From assembly GCF_006345805.1 (NCBI RefSeq), contig NC_043011.1, forward strand, positions 23,758,464 to 23,822,463: a stretch of DNA of 64,000 bases, read 5' to 3'. The position numbers were made by a program, and so were the translations under genes. A model generated the notes under the pieces. It made no database searches and had not been told where the DNA came from. It saw only the letters and a program-made list of their open reading frames with translations. This DNA is from Octopus sinensis (taxonomy: Eukaryota). This document shows, piece after piece, positions 11,474 to 25,573 of this stretch (position 1 is its first letter; the number at the start of each line of letters is the position of its first letter).

Positions 11474-14400
11474 TTTTTTTTTGGTGAAGGCGCATAACTC
11501 AGTGGTTAGAGTGTCGAGCTTACGATCGTGAGATTGTAAGTTTGAATCCCAGACCGGGCTGCGTGTTGTGTTCTTGAGCAAGACACTTTATTTCACGTTG
11601 CTCCAGTTCACTCAGCTGTAGAAATGCGTTGCGACGTCACAGGTACCAAGCTGTATTGGCCTTTGCCTTTCCCTTGGATACCACTGGTGGCATGGAGAGG
11701 GGTGGCTGGTATGCATGGGCGACTGCTGGCCTTCCATATACAACCTTGCCCGGACTTGTGCCTGGGAGGGTAATTTTCTAGGTGCAATCCCATGGTCAGT
11801 TATGCAATATATATTTTTTATTTGTAAGTTGTTTTATATATATATTATTGTTATTATTATTATTATTATATAGAAATATGAGAGTTTACAAAATGCATTT
11901 AGTTGGTAGATTCAATGCAAATAGTTGAGCATTTCCTATGGTGCTCAGTTTGGGTCCTGAAGTTTTCAAAGTCAATATTTTTTTTTTGAATTTTATGGAG
12001 TTTATAGAATAGTTGACAAGGCTTGAAATTTTGGTGGAGAGGCTAGTTGATTACATCGACCCCCAGTACTTGGCTGGTACTTATTTTATTGACCCTGAAA
12101 AGATGAAAGGCAGAGTTAACTTCATTGGAATTTGAACTCAGAATGTAAAGACAGATGAAATGCCAGTAAGCATTTTGCTCAACATGTTAATGATTCTGCC
12201 AGCTTGCTGCCTTGGAATAATACTAAGTTGATATTCCAAACTTAATTCCATTAACTATAATCCTGGTCATCATACTCACTGCAGCAGTGTAGTATTTTTT
12301 ACCTTCTTATTTGTTTCAGTCATTGGACTGCAGCTATGCTGGGACACTGCTTTGAAGAGTTTTAAACAAATCAGCCCCAGTGTTTGTGTGTGTGTGTTTT
12401 AAGTCTGGTATTCTATTGATCTCTTTGTTGAACCTCTAAGTTACAGGAACATAAACAAACAGCATTAGTTGTTGAGTTGGTGACTGACACACACACATGA
12501 TGGACTTCCACACAGTTTCTTATTTCTTTACTGCCCACTAGGGGCTACACTCAGAGGGGACAAACAAGGACAAATGGATTAAGTTGATTATATCGACCCC
12601 AGTGCGTAACTGATACTTATTAAATCGACCCTAAAAGGATGAAAGGCAAAGTCGACCTTGGCGGAATTTGAACTCAGAATGTAGTGGCAGACGAAATACC
12701 ACTAAGCATTTCGCCCGGCTTGCTAACGTTTCTACCAGCTCGCCACCTTTAACACAGTTTCTGTCTACCAAATTTATTCAAGGCATTAGTCAGTACAGAG
12801 CTATAGTGGTTTCTTTGCTCAACCTTAGTGGTTATAGGGACATACAGCAAAACATTAGTTGTTTAGTAGTGGTGAGGAGTGACTAACACAGGCACACGCA
12901 AATACACACGACAGACTTCTACACAGTTTCTGTCTACCAAATTCACTCAAGGTATTCATCAGCCCAGAGCTATGTGAAAAGTACTGTGCAGTGAATTTTT
13001 TTCCCCTGCTCTACATAACCTAGGATTTCCATTTTCCCATTAGCCTGGAAGGCAACCATGTTGCGCTTTCCGTCCATGTTACAATGTCTTTCTTCCCACC
13101 TTCTCATGCATTATACTTGCTGCCCTCGTCCCTCTCAGACAACCCAACCAAATCATCCCCCTCTCTTGTACTGGCATCTGTATCACCTTATTACTCTTGC
13201 CATTTCACCTCCTTCTGTCTTCTGCATCCCACTATCCAGCCCTGCTCATTGTTCTGTTCATCCAACCATCAATCCTACCCATTTTGGCAGTCAGCCCCAG
13301 CCCATGCCCCACCTCACAGTCTTGCAAACTGTACTGACCCACCCATTACTATCTCTTGCAACTCCAACTGTTCATTTTCCCTTTTTCCTACTAGATGTGA
13401 GTAGTCATGCAGATCCCTCTCCAAGTCCCTCGTCATAGTAATCCTCTCATTTCTTAACTGTCCTACCTTCCCTACCTGGATTCATAGTCCTGTGAGCTGC
13501 ATAGCAATCTCAGTAGTGCAGGTGGCACAAAAAAAGCACCAGGTCCATACTGTAAAGTTGTTGGTGATAGGAAGGACATCCAGCTATTAATACTAAACTG
13601 AAAGTCAATAGAGCTGGGCACAGTCTTCTGGCCTACTAGCTCCTGTCAGATTGTCCAACCAATGTTTGCACAGAACATGGACCTTAACTGGTTACTATGC
13701 ATCCAAACAGGGAGACCCAGGAAGATATGGGATGAAGTACTGATGGCTGATCTCGATACTAGGCTTTATGAAGGAGACAACAAAAGACCAAGATATCTAG
13801 CATCTTACTGTACTCAAGAAGACTCACCCATCACAGCAGAATTGATATCCTAAACTACCTTTATTAACCCTTTTGTTACTGTATTTATTTTGAGATGCTC
13901 CGTGTTTCTTTCAATTACTTTAAATATAACAAAGAATTTAGTAAACTAACTTAATTATCATTCAGCTAGTGTTAGGAACATAAATTGTGACTAAGGTTTG
14001 GTGGAAGATTTTAATTCAAAACTTATGAAAACAAGACATTTGTACTCAGAGCAAGAGCCGGTTTCAGCCGGGTTGGTAACGAAAGGGTTAATACTCTCCT
14101 CTCAGCTGTAGGGTTTTTTGTCTTGCCAGTTCCTCTGTGATTCTGTTAGTGCTGGTGCCATGTAAAAAGCACCCAGTATACTCTGTAAAGTAATTGGCAT
14201 TAAGAAGGGCATCCAGTTGTAGAAACCAAGCCGGAATAAGTCTGAAACCTGGTGCAGCTTCTTTAGTGTTCTAGCTCTAGCCAAACCATCCAACCCATGC
14301 CAGCATAGAAAATGGATGTTAAATGATGATGAAAATGTATATTATATCTGTCTTTTTATAATCATTTTAATATGCTAGCATTTTCCATGCTAGCATGTGT

Positions 14401-17400
14401 CAGCTGGAATTTATTGAGGTTGATTTTCTCTTGCTGCATGTCCTTTCTGTTGCCAACCCTCACTTGTTTGCAATCAAGGTAAATAGTTTCCCGTGACGAG
14501 AAATGTTTTCACAGAATATTGGAAATGAAAGACACTGCTTATATGACAGTAACACTCAATTACAGCTATCAACCCATGTCATGACAAGGAGACGAACACA
14601 TGCACGCACACACACACACACAGTGGCTCTTCTAGATCTACTATCAAGGCTTTGGTTGTTCTGGTGCTACAGTAAAAGACAATTGCCTGAGGTGCCTTGC
14701 AATGGGACTGAACCAGAATCCATGTGACTTGGAAACAGTCACATGGAATAAATCCTATTTTCTTAACCACATAGCCATACCTATGACTTGAGCCCTGTAC
14801 CGGCGTTGTGTAAAAGCACCCATGCTAGTGCCATGTTAAAAGCACCCAACGCACACTGTAAAGTGGCTGGCATTAATTAGAAAAGACATCTAACCATAGA
14901 AACCAAGCCAAATCACAGTGGAACCTGGTGCAGCTCTCCTGCTTCCCAGCTCTGAAACCGTCCAGCCCATGCCAACATGGTAAATGGCTGTTAAAGGATG
15001 ATGATGATGCTATAATGATAAACTATCAGTATCGTACGTGTTTCTACTACCTCTCATTCTGTGCTTAAATGGCTTGTATCATCCTTTTATCTTTTACTTG
15101 TTTCAGTCATTGGACTGCAGTCATGCTGGGGCACTGCCTTGAAGGGTTTAGTCAAATAAATTGATCCCAGCACTTATTTTTTAAAGTCTGGTACTTGTTC
15201 TATTGGTCTATTTTGCTGAACTGCTAATGGCCAGGGATGTAAACAAACCAACATTGGTTGTGAGCAGTGGTGGGAGACAAACACAGATGCATGTGTGATA
15301 TATATATATATACATACATACATACATGCACTTGTTTCACTCATTAGACTGCGACCATGCTGGGGCACTGCCTAGAGTTTTTATTTGAATGTATTGACCC
15401 TAGTATTTATTTTTTAAAACCTGGCGCTTATTCTATCAGTCTCTTTTGCCAAACTGCTTTAAGTTACAGGGATGTAAACATACCTCCATCAGTTGTCAAG
15501 TGGGACAAGCACAGACATACACATAGACATATATGCATATTCTTACCACACAGCTTCTTAAACATAAGCCATGTCTACCCCTTGCCATGCCTGTGCTGTT
15601 TAATTAAGAGAAAGGAAAAAAAAATTGTGATGTTTATGCAGATAATTTTGGTTGTAATTTAAATTTCTTTTGAAATGGCGACTTCAACTTGGTGCTGTAA
15701 TAGTTTTGGACATTAAACAAGATCAGTGATTGGTGAATGGAACTCGTGGAAGAGGGGGAGCCAGGAAGACTTGGAATGAAGTACTGAAGGCCAATCCCGA
15801 GACACTAAGCTTCACGAAGGAGATAATGAAGGAATGAGCACAGCTGAACATACTACTTTGATATCAACTTGTCTGGTTTCATGGCTTAAAACTTATTGTA
15901 TTGAAGTGTTAATGTTTTATTATAAGCCTGTTCTTATTTTATGTAAGAACTCTTTACTATCCAAACATTTTAATGATGTGAAAGTTAATTCTACTAAATC
16001 TCTTCAAATTCCTTGTAAAACATGGATAGAATATTTCATCAGAAATATGGCCATGAAAAGCTTCATTGTTTAACATACAGGATGTTCATAAACCTAAGCT
16101 GACACACTTCAGTTTTGAAGTTAGATTCATGCAACTTAATGGTCACACCTCAAACATTAAGGACTATTCAGTTGGTTAAACTATGCTAGTTAATATGGAA
16201 TTTCAGTTGAAGTGGTAAGCATTTTAGAAGTTTCAAAATGAGGTGGATTTTAGAGCAAAAGGTTGCTTATGATATTTGGTGCAAGTGTGGCTGTGTGATA
16301 AGATATTTGCTTCCCACCCACCTGACTCTGGGTTCAGTCGCACTGTGTGACACCTCAGGCAAGTGTCTTCTGCTATAGCCCTGAGCCAAGCAAAGCTTTG
16401 TGAGTGAATAGATAGACGGAAACTGGAAGAAACCCATTTTGTGTGTGTGTGTATACATGTTCCCTTGCGGTTGTTGTCCCCCCACCACTGCTTGACAACT
16501 GGTGTTGGTTTGTTTACGTCTCTGTGACTTAGCAGTTTGGCAAAAGAAACTGATAGAATAAGTACCGGGGCTGATTGTTTGGACTAAAAAGTGAAAAGAA
16601 GGGAAAATCCTTCAAGGCAGTACTCCAGCATGGCCACATTCCAATGACTGAAAGAAGTAAAAGAAACACACACAATAGTGTAATTCAAATAGTTGTTTTG
16701 CAGATAGCAAATCATTAAAGAGACAGTTGAAGATATGACAATTCCTTTGGGATAATGGAGTTAATGAGAGACCTCATTAATACATGCAAATATTGTGAAG
16801 CTGGGAAGGTGTGTATATTTAAGTGATTAGTTCCAAGTGTTACTGGTCAAAAGGGAGTTGGGCTACATTACACTTTGTTATTGAGTGATTGGTTGAAATT
16901 CTGTTTCAGAACTGTATTATGTTCTGGTGTAATAGATATTTCTTTGTCTTACTTTGGTGTCTCACTCTCTCTCATTCTCTCCCACCTCACCTACTCAACT
17001 GCAAGTTGTAATTTTTATTTTGTTATAATGACTCACCATGAGAAGTGAATGTTACAAAAGAACAGTAGCTATTACCTCTTGGAAACAAAGGGCTTCTCTC
17101 GTCAAATAAAGTTAGATTGTATGAAGTGCAGTAGTGCATGATAGTGAGACATGGGCTCTAAATGTGAAGGATATGCTGAGAGGGGGAAAAAAACTGAACT
17201 TTAGAGATATCAGCTGTTTGGGTAGGGGAAAAGATTGCACTATAATGGACATATGATGTGTATAAACAATAATGGTTGAGTGAAAAATAGATCAAAGAAG
17301 ACAGGATGTGGTACAGTCTGATCCCTGCTTCCAGGATGCTGGTTCTCACAACTAAGGTGAAGAATGGTTGCTAGTAGAAATGTTATGTTGAAAGGAACCT

Positions 17401-20400
17401 AATTAACTTAATCCTGTATATAAAACTTAATTATTATAACTTAATGTCCACTTTTTCATGCTTGCATGAGTTAGATGGGATTTGTTGAGGCAAATTTTTC
17501 TATAGCCAGGTGCCCTTCCTGTCACCAACCTGTATCTGTTTCCAAGCAAAGTAATATTTCCCCATAGCCAAACATATTTATCACAGAAGGCTGGAAATGA
17601 ACAACAGTACTTGTAAGATGGTGATGCTTATTTATGACTATCACATGATATCAAGATAAGGGTGTGTACACACACACACACATGCACATACACATGCACA
17701 CACATATAACAGGCTTCTTTCAGTTCCCATTTACCAAATTCACTCAAGGCTTTGGTCAGTCCGAGTCTATAGTAGAAGTGTAGAAGACACTTGTCCAAGG
17801 TGCTGTGCAGTAGAACTGAACCTGTGATCATATGATTGGGAAGCAAGTTTCTTAAACTGCCATGCCTGCACTTGAGGCTAATGATGACGCTTACTCTTTG
17901 TACAAATATTTGCTTCAAAACCACGTACCCTTTTCATCCATATTATCTTAAAAAAGAATGATAGTTAAATTGTGTGGAAAGCAAACAGTCCAGTATCATC
18001 CCTTTAGCATTTAAACTGGCCATATCTGGCCCAAATATCTTGCCTGTTTTATGTTTAAGCCAGCCAGATTTAGCCTTTAACACAATACAATCATCATTGC
18101 CATCATTGCTTAAAGTCCGCTCTCTATGCTGGCAAGGGTTGGATGGTTTGACATGGAGCTGGCGAGCAGGGGGCTGTTTGCACTCCAGCAGTCTGTTGTG
18201 GCACGGTTTCTATGGCTGGATGCTCTTCCTAATGCCAACCACTTAAACAGAATGTGCTGGGTACTTTTTATGTGGCACTGACCTGGACATGTTAATGCAG
18301 CACTGGCATGAGTGCTTTCTAAGTGGCACTGGCATCTGAAGGACACACTGTCATTCTAAAAATAAACTACCACATCATCAAAATCTTGAAGTTACATGAT
18401 GAAGCATAATTAATTCAAAACATCATCATCATATATGTCTGCTTTCCATGCTGGCATGGGTGAATAAATAAGCATTACATTTAACACAATAATCTGAATG
18501 GTAAAGGGTAAAAGTTGGCAGTTATATTGAGGTGATACAAATAATTTGAATTCTTCATATGACTGCCTTACTAGTTAACCCTTTCGATACCAAACCGGCT
18601 CTGGCTCTGAGTACAAATGTCTTGTTTTCATAAATTTTGAATTAAAATCTTCCACCAAACCTTAGTCACAATTTATATTCCTAACACTAGCTGAATGATA
18701 ACTAAGTTATTTTACTAAATTCTTTGTTATATTTAAAATAATTGAAAGAAACACAGAGCATCTCAAAATAAGTACAGTGACGAAAGGGTTAATGTATTTT
18801 TTTCTTTTTCAGGAGGGGGAAAACCCCAAGGAAGAAATTTGCATTTACTGGAACATCTGTTATAGAACCTGTGGAGGTAAAGTTTTTATGAATTTCTTTC
18901 ATTTTATTTTCTTATTCTGCATAGTATTATGTTGTGGTGATAACAGAATTTGTTGTTTTGCTTGGATTCACACACTGTTCGTTTAATCCTTTAGCATTTA
19001 AACCAACCATATCTAGCCCAAACATTAAGCCTATTTTATGTATAGATTAACCATATTCAGCCTCTCACACCTACCTTATGGTGTCGTACTAAAAATAAAC
19101 AATCACATCATTGAAATTTCAAAGCTACAAGATGATTAATTCAAAACAATGTGAATAAATAAGCATTGCATTAGACAATAATCTGAATGCTAAAGGGTTA
19201 AATTTTGCTGATCTGTCAGTGCCAGGGAACCTTTTTTGCTTTATATAACTCTCATTGTAAAGTTGGAATACCCACCACTCACAATAATTTTTAAATTGAT
19301 GGATTAAATTATGATTCTTGGAGTTTAATGAATAATTAAACCTCCATTTAAAGTTTTATTGTTTAAATTCTAATTGGAGGAGATAAAAGAAAAGTTGGGT
19401 TTTGGAGAAATGACTTTGGTAATGCTATATAACTTTGGTCATTGGGTGAGCTCAGCAGAAGTTGTGGGGCTTAAAGTAATCTGGGTGGTGGGGTTCTTAT
19501 TTTTCTTTAAAAAAAAAGAGTAATATATCTGAAGAAAAACTCAATAATTTCAGTTGAGATAAATAAACTGATCAAAGGGCAGGGTGGGGTGACATGCTGC
19601 ACTTTTTTCCCCCCCTTCTTTTTAAGTTTTGCTCTGGACGAAGATCCTCTGCTCATGGATTTTACAGGCCCTTCACTACTGTTGAGACTGATACTGTCAG
19701 TGTTCTACTTGAACTTTTGCAATGTGACAGTTTGCATGGAAAATATGTGCAGGAAGTGATTTCCAGAAAGATTGCATTTTTAGGAAGGAAGAATTGAATC
19801 TAGTGGTTATTGCAGAGTGTAAGTTGGAGGTGGACACTGTGTAACAAGAGGAGGAGGAGGAACGAGTGAGTTGAGAGTGACTGAGTGGACATAGCATGAG
19901 ATCAGCTATCTCTGATGAGTAGGGGCTACACTAGTGGGAGTAGAGAAAGCAGAGTGAAAGGAGACAGTACATCTGTAGGTCAGAGGTTGGTGTGCATTTA
20001 ATACCAATCAGTTGAGTGGCCTTAATTTGGATGTGGTTTTTGGATATTTGTAAGTAGTAGTAGCACTGTTCCAGATATGGGAGGAGTAGTACTCCAGTGT
20101 GGGTCTCTTCTGAGTTGAGTCTAAGGTAGATACTGATCTCTCAGTTGCTGTATATATCCCATTATCAATAAGTACTATGGGAATAGGTAGAATTTAGATA
20201 TGGATAATATGCGGTTATATCTATATTTAGTAAGATACCTACCTGTTTTATGTCCAAACTGGCCAGATCTGGCTTTCATATCTACCCAACAATGTCATTC
20301 TAAAAATATACAATAATGTCATTGAAATTTCAAAGCTCCAAGATAATACATGGTTATTTCAAAACAATGAATAAATACTTATAGCATTTGACAAAGTAAT

Positions 20401-23400
20401 TTCTGAATGCTAAAGCTTTAATGAAGGGTAGTAATGTTTATAGCCTCTGCAAATTTAAGAGAGTCCGTGTTAATAATCTCTGCTTGTTTAAGGAAGACAG
20501 GCAATATTCTTAGGCCTGATGTTTAGATTCAATGTTTGCAAGTCTGTATTTGTCAGAGTAAATGTAAGAAGTGAGGAGGTGGCAGAGGATTGGGGCCTTG
20601 GGTAAGAAGGCTTGGTGAGATGGTAAATTAAGTAGATTTTGTTCATCATTTTTAACATCTACTTTTTCATGCTTGTAAAAAGCACCATTTGAGTGTGGTT
20701 AATGCTAGTGATGGTGGCACGTAAAAAGCATCATTTGAGTGTGGTCGATGCTAGTGCCACTTGACTGGCTCCCATGCTGGTAGCACATAAAAAGCACCAT
20801 TCGAGCATGGTCGATGCCAGTGCCACCTGACTAGCCCCCATGCGTAAAAAGCACCCACTACACTCTCGGAGTGGTTGGCATTAGAAAGGGCATTCAGCTG
20901 TAGAGGCCTTGCTGGATCAGATTGGAGCCTGGTGCAGCCTCCTGGCTCACCAGTTCTCAGTCAAATTGTTCAACCCATGCCAGTATGGAAAGTGGACATT
21001 AAACGATGATGATGATAATATATATGTATACACACACAAACACACAGACTTTTAGTTTCCATCTAGCAAATCCTCTTGCAAGGCTTTGGTCAACTTAGAT
21101 CTATAATAGAAGACACTAGCCCATGGTGTCACTCAGTGGGACTGAACTTGAGATCATGTGGTTGGGAAGCAGACTTATCACACAGTCATGCATTGAACAC
21201 AAGTGGCTATCATCCACTTTCATATTTAATTTCCTGTCAGTTCTACCATGGAAAAAATAAGACAGCATTTCTTTTCAGATAACTGACAATTAATGGCTTA
21301 CAAGTGGGTCCCACTTGTAAATCATTTAATGTCAGTTATCCTGTTTTATTTATCCTTGTATTTGTTTTATATTCCTGTTTCTGTTTTATTCTTTTAAAAC
21401 ATTGTTTCATTTTGTTAAATATTTTGATTGTTATTTTTTTCATACTTAACATTGTTGGAAGGGTAATACTTGAATTTGTATTATTATGTTAAGGATTTCA
21501 TTTAATTCTTGGATTTTGTTTCATATTTAAGTTGTTGAAAGCTTAACACTTGAACTTATTTCATTCATCATTATCATCGTTGTTGTTGCTTTAATGTGTT
21601 ACTCTTCCATACTTACATGGGTCGGATGGAGTATATTGCGATTTGGTACGGCTGGATGTCCTTCCTGGCACCATTCCTTACATGTTTCCAAGCAAGGTAA
21701 TATTTCTCCATGGTCAGGCATATTTTTGCAGAATATTGGAAATGAATGACCCTCATTTACAATCATGCAATGCCATGACAAGGAGACACAAACATACACA
21801 CACACATGATGGACATTTTTTTTCAGTTTCCATCTACAAAATCTACTCACAAGGCATAAGTCCTGGCACAGGTCTATCAATGAAGATACTTGCTGAAGGT
21901 GCTGTGCAGTGAGTGTGAACTTGAAACCATGTGGCTTGGAAGCAAACTTTTTGATCACATGGCCATGTCTGCTGTTAAATATTTTGTTTACAGTTTTGTT
22001 TTTGTAATTGACTTGTTTCAACATACATCGTTCCTTTTCTCCTCTTTTTCACCTTCTACTCTCACTTCAAAGCAAATGTCACCTTTTCACTTTCTTTCAA
22101 TTTCTGCTCTCTTCAAAGTATAAAGAAATAAAAAATCTTTACAGAAATTAATGAAAAATCATATGATCAAGTTGACAACTTTGCTGCTTCAAACAAAAGA
22201 ATGCCATAAGATAACTTCCTTTGGCATACACGCATGCACGCTTGCTCTCTCTCTCTCTAGGTAAAACTTCTGTATGAATTATGGCCTTTCTTGCTGTGTG
22301 TACACACGAAATTACAGCTCAGATCCAATTGAAATGATCTTTTTCTGTTCGGTAATTTGTTTGTGATGAGAGTATTTAAAAACCTGATCTTCAATATAAA
22401 CTTAAAAGGAAGTTTTCCCAGAAATCCTATCATTTACCTATTGTTTCTAGCATATCCAAGGTGACATTTGCACCCCATCTCTTTTTTCCTAAATTTCTTC
22501 CAATTCCTATGTTTTTGATACAGGAGATTAGGACCACTCTGTGATATATGTGATTTTATGAGGGGTTAAAAAAGAGATAAATAACCTAATTGAAATTTAT
22601 ATAAATATCTCAATGTAAACATGTTGATAAATTTTGTAAATGTTAAATATTTCCACAGGTCTACTGTCGTATCAAACCAGCAGATGACTCCAATAATGTA
22701 TGTCTGAAAAGTGTAGGTGATAATCAAGTACAATTGATGATACCTGCTGATGTAAGTGAAACCACAGAATTTCTTTCTTTTTCTTCACAGAAATTAGTAA
22801 ATAGTATAAATTTTAGTACAGGTGTCTTTGTATCTATTTCAAAAAATTTTTGTAAGTGAAAAACGTATGAAGATACTTTTGTATCATCATCATAGTCATT
22901 GCCATCATCATCATCGTGATCATTGCCGTCATCATCATTGTGATCATTGCTGCCATCATCATCATTGTGATCATTGCTGCCATCATCATCATCGTGATCA
23001 TTGCTACCATCATCATCATGATCATTGCCGTCGTCATCATCGTAATCATTGCCATCATCATCTCATTGTGATCATTGCCGTCATCATCATCGTGATTATT
23101 GCCATCATCATCATCATTGCCGTCATCGTGATCATTGCTGTGATCATTACCATCATGATCATCGCTGTCAGCGTGATCATTGCCGTCCTCATTGCCATTA
23201 TCATTGTCATTGCCACCAGCACTACCTCCACTTTTCCATGCTTGTATGGGCCAGATGGAATTTGTTGAGGATTTTCTATGGCCAGATGCCCTTTCTGTTG
23301 CTAACACTAACCTTTCTGCGAGTAAGGTAATGTTTCCCTGTGACCAGGTAGGTTTTCCTTGGAGATTAGAAATGAAGGCCATCACTTGCATGATCGTGAC

Positions 23401-25534
23401 TCTTACAGCTATCGCACAAAGTCAAGGCATGGGGATCGTACCCCCCCTCCCACAACTGGTTTCTTTCACTTTCTCCTTACCAAATACACTCATGAAACTT
23501 TGGTTGGCCTGGGGCCATAACAGAAAGCACTTGCCAGATCTATTCTACTGCTTTCACAGTTTTTGAAATTTTAAAATTGAAAGTTTTCAAATTTGGTATA
23601 TTGATGTACTTTTTTCTATGCTGAATCTGATTTTATTTACCGGTTTCAGAAAAATTTTACAGAGCTTTAAAGTTTAATAATTTTTATCCAATCATAAAAC
23701 AGGATTCGGAAGCTTTGGGCATGCCTACAAAGTCAGAAATCAGCACAACTCCCACGACTTTCAGAAACATTTTTTCATACTTCAGATTTGTGAAACATGG
23801 AACAAATTACCTGCACCAGTTGTTAATTGCCGAGACATTGCATCCTTTAAAACCTCCATTCTTTCTGAAATTCGCCAACACTACACCTGATATCCCCCAC
23901 TCCATGCACATGCATACATGTGTATCATGAGTCATACACTGTTCACTTTTCTGACTTTTGTACATGCACCTTTGACGAGTTGTAGTGCACCTGAGAACTA
24001 TGCACAATAATTTCATTATTATTATTATATTTTGTGTGTGATAGTTGTGTATGGCCACAAACTTTTAATGAAAGCAAAGCAATTATGATGATGGAAGTTA
24101 TAAGAAGTTTAAGTTTTAATGAATAAAATCATGTGAGATGTTGGAACAGGCACACTCTTTTACTCTTTTATTTGTTTCAGTCATTTGACTGTGGTCATGC
24201 TGGAGCACTGTCTTTAGTCAAGCAAATCAACCCCAGGACTTATTCTTTGTAAGCCTAGTATTTATTCTATTAGTCTCTTGCCGAACCGCTAAGTTATGAG
24301 GACGTTAACACACCGGCATCGGTTGTCAAGTGATGTTGGGGGCACATACACAGACACACACACATATGTATTCATATATACGACAGGCAGTTTTAGGTTT
24401 CCGTCTACCAAATCCACTCAAAAGGCTTTGGTTGGCTCGAGGTTGTAGTAGAAGACACTTGCCAAGGTGCTACGCAGTGGGACTGAACCCGGAACCATGC
24501 AGTTCGTAAGCAAGCTACTTACCACACAGCCACTCCTATGCCTAGGCATGTAAACAATATAAACAGGAAGAATCCTCAATGAGTTTTTTGTAAAAATTAC
24601 AATAAAAAGTAGGTTAAATTACAAAAAAAACAAACTATAGATCAGTTCATGTAAACAATGGATGCATTTTTTGGAGAGAAAATTTGAAATGCAAGTTTGA
24701 GACACTTGATGTTTCTCCTCAAACAAATTACAATTTTTGTATCTCCAGCACCATACATGCCTGCAGAGATATCAATTATCCAAGTCATCTCAATTAACTG
24801 TACCAATTGTTATTATTCTTTCAAGAGACTAAAATAAATAGATCTCATGAGTACACCTTCTTAAAGTTTTATATTTCTCTGTCTTAGGTCAATTCATTTA
24901 ATTCTTCTCTTGTTTCCATCAGGGGGATTGTATTTTTGCCTGTTAGACGATTCTTAATTCTTTGATATTTCAATTCAACATATTCCATAAGGTGTGCATT
25001 TGAATCTGATATCCTATTGGTGATTTTACCATAAATTAACAAAGAGCAACTAATGTAAAGTTTCAACCAAACTGATGTATGAGGGGGTGCTGAAAAGTGT
25101 CTGGCTTTAAAAGTATTGTGAAAGGCCTGGCTGGAGGCTCAACCTTCTAAGTTCTTTTACATGGCTTAGGAAAACTGAAGGATCATTACAATAGGTGTGC
25201 GAATCTGAAAGGGGAATATGTTGGATAAGATCATGATTAACTGATTCTCTTCTATTTTCTTTTACTCAAAGCCAGGAATTTTTCAGCATCCCCTCATAGT
25301 TTAATCTATGTTTCTATCTTTTACTTGTTTTTATCATTAGACTGTGGCCATGGTGGGTCACCACCTTAAAGAAATTTTAGTCAAATGAATCAACCCCAAT
25401 ACTTATGTTTTTATTAAGGCTGGTACTTATTCTATCAGTTCTTTTGTTGAACTGCTAAGTTATGGCAATTAAACACAGCATTACTGGTTGTCAAGTGATT
25501 GTGGAGGACAGACACAAAGACACATACAGATGTG

Positions 25535-25573
<39 letters not shown>

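Noticed and set aside
13058-13438. 126-aa Pro/His/Leu-rich ORF and similar ORF-track entries
   Set aside because: Low-complexity pyrimidine-rich or SINE-derived intronic sequence with no recognisable domain or splice support
20660-20860. Regularly spaced ~35-bp repeats resembling a CRISPR array
   Set aside because: Tandem aaaagcacc units of the RTE 3' UTR; eukaryotic context, spacers are not unique, no cas genes
22822-23566. His/Cys-rich and Met/Asp-rich ORFs resembling metal-binding proteins
   Set aside because: They are translations of a (CAT)n minisatellite grown from a retroelement tail inside intron 3, open in several frames on both strands
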